DNA of 64,000 bases, from NCBI GenBank assembly GCA_964632315.1, contig CAZWEM010000016.1, positions 13,924 to 77,923 on the forward strand. Direction: 5' to 3'. Below the pieces are notes generated by a model. The model was not told the origin of the DNA. It searched no databases and saw only the letters and a program-made list of their open reading frames with translations. This document shows positions 58,913 to 64,000 of the stretch, in pieces (position 1 is the first letter of the stretch; each line of letters begins with the position of its first letter). The translations under genes and the position numbers were made by a program. This DNA comes from an uncultured archaeon (lineage in GTDB: Archaea > Asgardarchaeota > Lokiarchaeia > Sigyniarchaeales > SOKP01).

Positions 58913-61150
58913 ATGATTGATTGGATAATAACTACATTTTACTTCTTGCGGCAGTTTAATATCATCAATTTTAATGAAATTATTACTAACAACTTATTCA
59001 TAATTTTAATTTGTAGGGGATTTTATATTATAACTTATTTTCTTAAATATAGCCAAACTGATCCGCAAGCACGAGCTTTGGGGGTTTTTAATAAAAAAGA
59101 ATTATCATATTTTATTCTGAAGCAAATAGCATTGATATCTGTAGCAATGCTATACTTTCCACTTACAGTATTAGTTGCTTCCTATTCTATAATCATCTCT
59201 GGAAGTTATATCAAACAATTATCTAAATACGAAAAACCTTCTATTTATAATACTCTTGGTTCTCTCGTTACTCTAATTTCGCCTTTATTTGGAATATTCT
59301 GGTTTACTCTGTTATCACCAAACAGTTATGCTATTACTGCTATTGTGGGTTCACTTTTAATGTATTATGGCTATGGTTTAAAGACTTCTCAATTGTCTCT
59401 TTCACATCTAATTGAAAAATATAGAAATAGAAAGCTTTCTGGCAAGCCAATCATCCAACTTGTCTTAATGTTAACTCTAATCACTTTACCAGGATTAATT
59501 ACCATTGGATCAGGTACTTATAAACCACAGGGAAAGAGTAGTTATATGGTGTCAATGCGTGATAATGTTCACTTAGCAACAGATGTATATTTTGCTCCCG
59601 GTTCCCTTGGGGCTCCAAGACCAGTTATACTTATTAGAACACCCTATGGGAAGTCAGGATGGGCTTCTGATTTGTATTTACAATTTTATTTTATTCAAAA
59701 TTACCACATCGTAATTCAGGATTTAAGGGGGACTTATGATTCTAAAGGGGGTAATCAATTTCTCTTATTTACAAAATCTTATCAGGATGGAGTTGATACA
59801 ATAGAGTGGATATTAGATCAAACTTGGTGTAATGGAAAAATTGCAAGTGCTGGAGTATCTGCATTATGCCTTAATCAATATTTCTATGCTGGAATGGGAC
59901 CTGAAGGGTTAAAATCACAATCATTATGGTTTGGAACTCCTGAATTATTCGATCACGCCATATTCCAAGGTTCTTATCATAAGTCATCAGTTGAGACCTG
60001 GGTAAAAGATACAGCTCCAAATAATTGGAAATACCAAATCGAAACTATTTTTGATCATATACCCAAAAATGAAACGATGTATAATTCGACCTCATTATCA
60101 ATTCCTATTGGGCCGCATTATTCTAATGTTTCTACCCGAAGTCTTCACGTTGGTGGATGGTATGATCATTTTCTTCAAGGAACATTAGATGGTTATATAG
60201 GGTATGATGATTATGGAAAAACTCGAGCACTTGGACATCAAAAATTAATTATGGGGCCATGGACTCATGGTTCCATTTATGGTGGTCAACAAGGAGAATT
60301 ATTATATCCTCAAAATTCAAATGGTTTTGATTTAATATTTAATTGGGAACGTGAAATATTTGATGAGTCACTTTTAGGAATTCCAGCAAATTGGGATGAT
60401 GCACGCATAGCTTATTATATTATGGGAGATGTAGATCGAAGTTCAAACAAGTGGAATTATTGGAGATATGCATATGATTGGCCATTAGATCATGTTGATG
60501 ATGCTTGGTATCTTAGTGGTGATGGCGGTTTAACTAATGACTCTATTGGACTAATTAACAAAAATTTCACATATTTATATGATCCAAGATTTCCAATGCC
60601 AAACTTGGGGGGTCAGAATCAACCATTTGATCTAACCGGTCCTTATGATCAACGATTAATTGAAAATAGATCTGATGTTCTTATCTTTGAAACTCCAACT
60701 TTAACAAGAGCGATTGAGACAGTTGGTAGAATTTGGGGACACTTATATGTTTCTTCAAACTGTACTGACACTGATTTTACTGTAAAAATTACTGATGTTT
60801 ACCCAGATAATAGATCAATGTTAGTGACTGATGGCTCTTTAACTGTCAGGTTTAGAGACAATTATACCACGGAATTATTTATGACAGGAGACACAAATGA
60901 TGTATATGAATTATGGGTTGATTGTTGGTCATCAGCATATGTCTTTGCTCCAGATCATAAAATTAGGGTTGCCATCTCAAGCTCAAATTATCCTCGATTC
61001 GCGATTAATCCTAATACTGGTGTTCCATTAGCATATGACTATCTAAATTCCTATATAGCTAATAATACTCTTTTAGTTGGTCCTGGTTATGAATCAAGCA
61101 TAATATTTCCGAGATTAATAAATGTGAGTACAACTCATCTTAATTACTAA
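58913..61150 (+). CDS. Membrane-anchored CocE/NonD hydrolase, paralog 2
   Basis: Same architecture: RTPYGK, GVSALC, GGWYD, GPWTH, SSSNYPRF. Confidence 0.9.
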   Translation: MIDWIITTFYFLRQFNIINFNEIITNNLFIILICRGFYIITYFLKYSQTDPQARALGVFNKKELSYFILKQIALISVAMLYFPLTVLVASYSIIISGSYIKQLSKYEKPSIYNTLGSLVTLISPLFGIFWFTLLSPNSYAITAIVGSLLMYYGYGLKTSQLSLSHLIEKYRNRKLSGKPIIQLVLMLTLITLPGLITIGSGTYKPQGKSSYMVSMRDNVHLATDVYFAPGSLGAPRPVILIRTPYGKSGWASDLYLQFYFIQNYHIVIQDLRGTYDSKGGNQFLLFTKSYQDGVDTIEWILDQTWCNGKIASAGVSALCLNQYFYAGMGPEGLKSQSLWFGTPELFDHAIFQGSYHKSSVETWVKDTAPNNWKYQIETIFDHIPKNETMYNSTSLSIPIGPHYSNVSTRSLHVGGWYDHFLQGTLDGYIGYDDYGKTRALGHQKLIMGPWTHGSIYGGQQGELLYPQNSNGFDLIFNWEREIFDESLLGIPANWDDARIAYYIMGDVDRSSNKWNYWRYAYDWPLDHVDDAWYLSGDGGLTNDSIGLINKNFTYLYDPRFPMPNLGGQNQPFDLTGPYDQRLIENRSDVLIFETPTLTRAIETVGRIWGHLYVSSNCTDTDFTVKITDVYPDNRSMLVTDGSLTVRFRDNYTTELFMTGDTNDVYELWVDCWSSAYVFAPDHKIRVAISSSNYPRFAINPNTGVPLAYDYLNSYIANNTLLVGPGYESSIIFPRLINVSTTHLNY

Positions 61151-61156
61151 TTTTTT

Positions 61157-61402
61157 TTATTCAACCATTTTTAAAAAATCCGGTTCAGAAATTAAGAGAA
61201 TTCCTAGATCTTTTGCTTGTTGGATTTCCTTGCTATTTGATTTTGGATTATTAGTGACAAAATACCATAAATCATTTGAAACAGTTTCTCTAATGATTCC
61301 CCCTTTCATTTTAACCATATCTTCTGCTTTTTCACGATCCATAGCTTTTAGATCATTTGAGATATAGAATTTCATTAGTGATAAATCAGCCAAATTTTTC
61401 AC
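61157..61402 (-). CDS. Stand-alone BRCT domain protein, similar to the LigA C-terminus
   Basis: FYIS..L..MDREKA...V..KGG....VS....YFVT......SK...AKDLGI.LISE.DF. Confidence 0.8.
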   Translation of the reverse strand: MKNLADLSLMKFYISNDLKAMDREKAEDMVKMKGGIIRETVSNDLWYFVTNNPKSNSKEIQQAKDLGILLISEPDFLKMVE

Positions 61403-61493
61403 CTTATTATTAGTGATTTTTGGATCTTTTGCTTAGAAAGCTTTAAAATAAGATGACTCTAAAAAATTATTAATTTGAAGGTTTGAAACGAGG

Positions 61494-61940
61494 TTATTTA
61501 CTCAAATAAACGACAACTAATCCATCAATATTTTTAGTCGCTCTAACCTTTAGTTTACGAGGAGGTTTCTGGATTCCTCTTTTCCAAATTTCTTCATTTA
61601 CTTCTTGAGAAATAACAAGTGCTTCTGGTTTGAAATGACGTTCCATAAATTCTTTTAAATATCTTATAGATTTTTTTGCCCATTTATTACGAGGACCTCT
61701 CCTTGCTTTAGCCAATGGTACAGTATAAATCCTCTCATCAATAATCTCTTCCTTTATTTCTTCCTCTAATTCTTCGAATTCTTCTAATTCTTCCTCGAAT
61801 ACTTCACTAACGGCATCTTCTTCTGAGACTTCCTCGATGTCAAATTCTTCTATTTCCTCAATTTCATCAGAAGTTTTTTCCTCAGATAGTTCTTCTTCTA
61901 ATTCGTCTAAACTAATTTCTTTAGACTTCTTTTTAGCCAT
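61494..61940 (-). CDS. rpl31e: 50S ribosomal protein L31e with an acidic N-terminal extension
   Basis: ERIYTVPL...VNEEIWKRGIQKPPRKLKVR, preceded by a Glu-rich leader of about 65 aa. Confidence 0.95.
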   Translation of the reverse strand: MAKKKSKEISLDELEEELSEEKTSDEIEEIEEFDIEEVSEEDAVSEVFEEELEEFEELEEEIKEEIIDERIYTVPLAKARRGPRNKWAKKSIRYLKEFMERHFKPEALVISQEVNEEIWKRGIQKPPRKLKVRATKNIDGLVVVYLSK

Positions 61941-61957
61941 GCTATTGATTCACCTCA

Positions 61958-62119
61958 TTAGTCTCTTTTAAGACGGGAATTTCTCCAATTCCGTCTGGAA
62001 TAAGGACTCTCCCTTACGCCGCGATCAGTTTTTCGAATGATCCAATTAGGAATTGACTGACTTTGGCGCATTTTTTTTCCTCTTCTTTTCTTTGATGGGA
62101 AATCTTTATTTCTAGCCAT
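61958..62119 (-). CDS. rpl39e: 50S ribosomal protein L39e
   Basis: Not in the track. MARNKDFPSKKRRGKKMRQSQSIPNWIIRKTDRGVRESPYSRRNWRNSRLKRD* (53 aa). Confidence 0.95.
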   Translation of the reverse strand: MARNKDFPSKKRRGKKMRQSQSIPNWIIRKTDRGVRESPYSRRNWRNSRLKRD

Positions 62120-62128
62120 TATCTATGA

Positions 62129-62470
62129 TCACTTTTTTATGTTATAATCTTTCTTTTTATTCCTTGAGCTTATTTGTGCCAACAACTTCTTAAATGCCTT
62201 ATCTGGTAAAGGAATTGCTCCTGATAATCTCCCTGCTTGATATAATTGTATGAGTTGTAATTCAATTTGCTCAGCAAATTGAGGTTTTACCATTCTTATA
62301 TTTTCTAATCGTTGCCTCCCCTCTGGACTTAAAATCTTCCGCATTAATAAATACTTTTTATTTTCATAATCTTGTTGTTGTTGTTCAGCATATTGTTGTT
62401 GAATTGCTCTTTTTTGGAGTTCTTCCAACTTCTTTTTTCTTATTTTTTCTAAATTTTCTTCATCACTCAA
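62129..62470 (-). CDS. PDCD5-family DNA-binding protein
   Basis: LEKIRKKKLEEL...ILSPEGRQRLENIRMVKP..AEQIELQLIQL. Confidence 0.93.
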   Translation of the reverse strand: MSDEENLEKIRKKKLEELQKRAIQQQYAEQQQQDYENKKYLLMRKILSPEGRQRLENIRMVKPQFAEQIELQLIQLYQAGRLSGAIPLPDKAFKKLLAQISSRNKKKDYNIKK

Positions 62471-62493
62471 AGCTAAACCCTACTAAAATTTAG

Positions 62494-62916
62494 TTAAGAT
62501 TTTCGCAAAATTTCATATGAGGTTCTCTCTAGAAGACTTGTTCCTTCTGGAGTTGTTATTCTGCCCATTTTTTCATTTTGCTTGATTAGGTTGGCTTCTT
62601 CTAATTGTTGCAGCACTACACGAATAATCTTGCCACTCCCTCTATTACTGTGATGTAGCCCTGAACTTTTCCTATTTCTCCCACCATAATGTTTCCTAAG
62701 ATGGTTAACTCCTATAGGCCCAAATTTCCTTACTTTTCGTAAAATAGATGCACTTCTAATATACCAGAAATTTTCTGAATCTAAAGGTGCTAGTTCTTTG
62801 AAATAGGCAGTCTTCCAAAATTTTGATCCTTCTGGTGGTTTTATTTCAGGATATTCCTTTAATTTTTCTGCTAAGGTTTTTATAAGTTTTTCCGGTTCGA
62901 CGATATATATGGACAT
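62494..62916 (-). CDS. rps19e: 30S ribosomal protein S19e
   Basis: KE.AP...WYIRSASILRK...GPIGV..LRKHYGG...GSGKIIRVVLQQLE. Confidence 0.97.
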   Translation of the reverse strand: MSIYIVEPEKLIKTLAEKLKEYPEIKPPEGSKFWKTAYFKELAPLDSENFWYIRSASILRKVRKFGPIGVNHLRKHYGGRNRKSSGLHHSNRGSGKIIRVVLQQLEEANLIKQNEKMGRITTPEGTSLLERTSYEILRKS

Positions 62917-63012
62917 GTTAATCTTTAATTTATTAATTCTTTTATAATAATAATAGGTTTAAAAAGATGATATAAATTAAAAATTTTATGGAAATTTTAC
63001 TATTTTGGGACC

Positions 63013-63273
63013 ATGGATTATCAAGAACAGTATAAAAAAGTATTACTCTCAGCACCTCATTGTAATCTGGGTAAAAAGGGAATAACAAAGGAATTTATTG
63101 AACATGTAGCAACATTATTGAAGCGAAATAAAATCATTAAAATAAAGGTTTTGAAAACGATTGGGACTAAACAAAACATCAAAACTTTAGCAAGTAATAT
63201 CTCAGAGTTAACAAATTCTAAAATTCTGGACATGCGGGGAAGAATGATTATACTTAAAAAAAATAATAATTAA
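63013..63273 (+). CDS. YhbY/CRM RNA-binding protein
   Basis: LGKKGIT..FI......L....IIKIKVL...RGRMIIL. Confidence 0.88.
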   Translation: MDYQEQYKKVLLSAPHCNLGKKGITKEFIEHVATLLKRNKIIKIKVLKTIGTKQNIKTLASNISELTNSKILDMRGRMIILKKNNN

Positions 63274-63277
63274 TTGT

Positions 63278-63613
63278 ATGGGTTTCATGGTTAGATCTAA
63301 AAATAAGAAAGTAATTAAGCAGATTGCTAAGATACGCATGAATTACCTCTTTGAAAAAGCAAATGAAGTCTTTCCCCAAGATAAAAAACTTGCTAATAGG
63401 TATTGTTATCTTGCCAGAAAATATGCTCAGAGAGCTAGGATCAAGATTCCTATACAGTGGAAAAAACGAATTTGCCATCACTGTAAACAATTTCTTTATC
63501 CTGGAGTAAATTGTCGAACGAGATTACATTCAAAAGGGAAAGGTTCTCATGTTTCACTAACTTGCTTTGAATGTAATAATACCACTAGGTATTTTATCAA
63601 AATAAGAAAATAA
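63278..63613 (+). CDS. rnp4: RNase P protein component 4 (Rpp21)
   Basis: IA..RM..LF..A, LANRY..LAR, KRICHHC..L.PG...R.R, TCFEC..RY. Confidence 0.95.
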   Translation: MGFMVRSKNKKVIKQIAKIRMNYLFEKANEVFPQDKKLANRYCYLARKYAQRARIKIPIQWKKRICHHCKQFLYPGVNCRTRLHSKGKGSHVSLTCFECNNTTRYFIKIRK

Positions 63614-63624
63614 AGTGATGAATT

Positions 63625-64000
63625 ATGACTCTAATCATATTTCTTGTTGAATGTGGTTTAGAAATCGTTCCTAAAAATTTAAGAACTCATCCCGCTGTGA
63701 AAAAAAATGTTAAAAAACAAAATTACGCTTCCCAATTATTAGATAATGCTATACATCACAGTGCAATGACAAACCTACCCAATTTTAGAAAAAGAGGTCG
63801 TCCAGATATATTACATGCTTGTTTACTAAACATTTTGGGCGCTCCTGCTAATAAAGCAGGTTATATTAAACTCTACATCCACACCATCCACAATAGAATA
63901 TTTGAATTTAACCCTAAGATCAAAATCACTCGAAATTACAATCGTTTCAAAGGGTTAATGGCTAAACTCTTGATCGATGGAGATGTGGGAGTGGACGGAA
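63625..64000 (+). CDS. nep1: Nep1/EMG1 rRNA pseudouridine N1-methyltransferase (partial, runs off window)
   Basis: Not in the track. MTLIIFLVECGLEIVP...HPAV...LLD..IHHSAM...KRGRPDILH..LL...NKAG...YIHT...RNYNRFKGLM. Confidence 0.93.
   Translation, partial: MTLIIFLVECGLEIVPKNLRTHPAVKKNVKKQNYASQLLDNAIHHSAMTNLPNFRKRGRPDILHACLLNILGAPANKAGYIKLYIHTIHNRIFEFNPKIKITRNYNRFKGLMAKLLIDGDVGVDG

Noticed and set aside
1-64000. tRNA/rRNA genes, CRISPR arrays, transposases, integrases
   Set aside because: No cloverleaf or GC-rich structural RNA, regularly spaced repeats or recombinase motifs were seen by eye. A tRNAscan/Infernal run would be needed to exclude small RNAs.

Overview
AT-rich (roughly 30% GC by eye) archaeal chromosomal window. 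Gene content points to an Asgard archaeon, most likely Lokiarchaeia/Promethearchaeota (inference): roadblock proteins, S26e, a Get3-like ATPase, CdhE, a corrinoid protein, and large lineage-specific TPR and Lrp-like proteins. Housekeeping blocks are tusA-iscS-iscU, rnz, rps26e-pgsA-trmY, tfb-gar1, raSEA-arcS, ahcY, dnaG, the S19e-PDCD5-L39e-L31e-aIF6-LX-pfdA-ftsY-secE cluster and yhbY-rnp4-nep1. Best finding: dnaG is interrupted inside its conserved GAIFGQ/TEGLL motif by a 38-nt insertion (52257-52294). The insertion folds into a bulge-helix-bulge-type splicing-endonuclease substrate, and cleavage at the canonical positions restores the frame exactly, so it is a candidate tRNA-type intron in an mRNA. 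A competing exon hairpin could regulate it. Other notable items: an Lrp/AsnC regulator carrying a single TBP repeat; a Lys-to-Asp IscS beside an IscU fused to a degenerate thioredoxin-reductase domain; a SIR2-TPR plus CPBP islet bounded by a duplicated ahcY 3' end; many ATT/ATA starts; three promoter-linked terminal-stem elements (candidate sRNAs); a 40-aa membrane or secreted peptide gene; a ubiquitin-like protein ending GG-I; and an in-frame TGA in a membrane-protein gene. No tRNA, rRNA, CRISPR array, transposase or integrase was recognised. All family assignments come from motif recognition by eye, not database searches.
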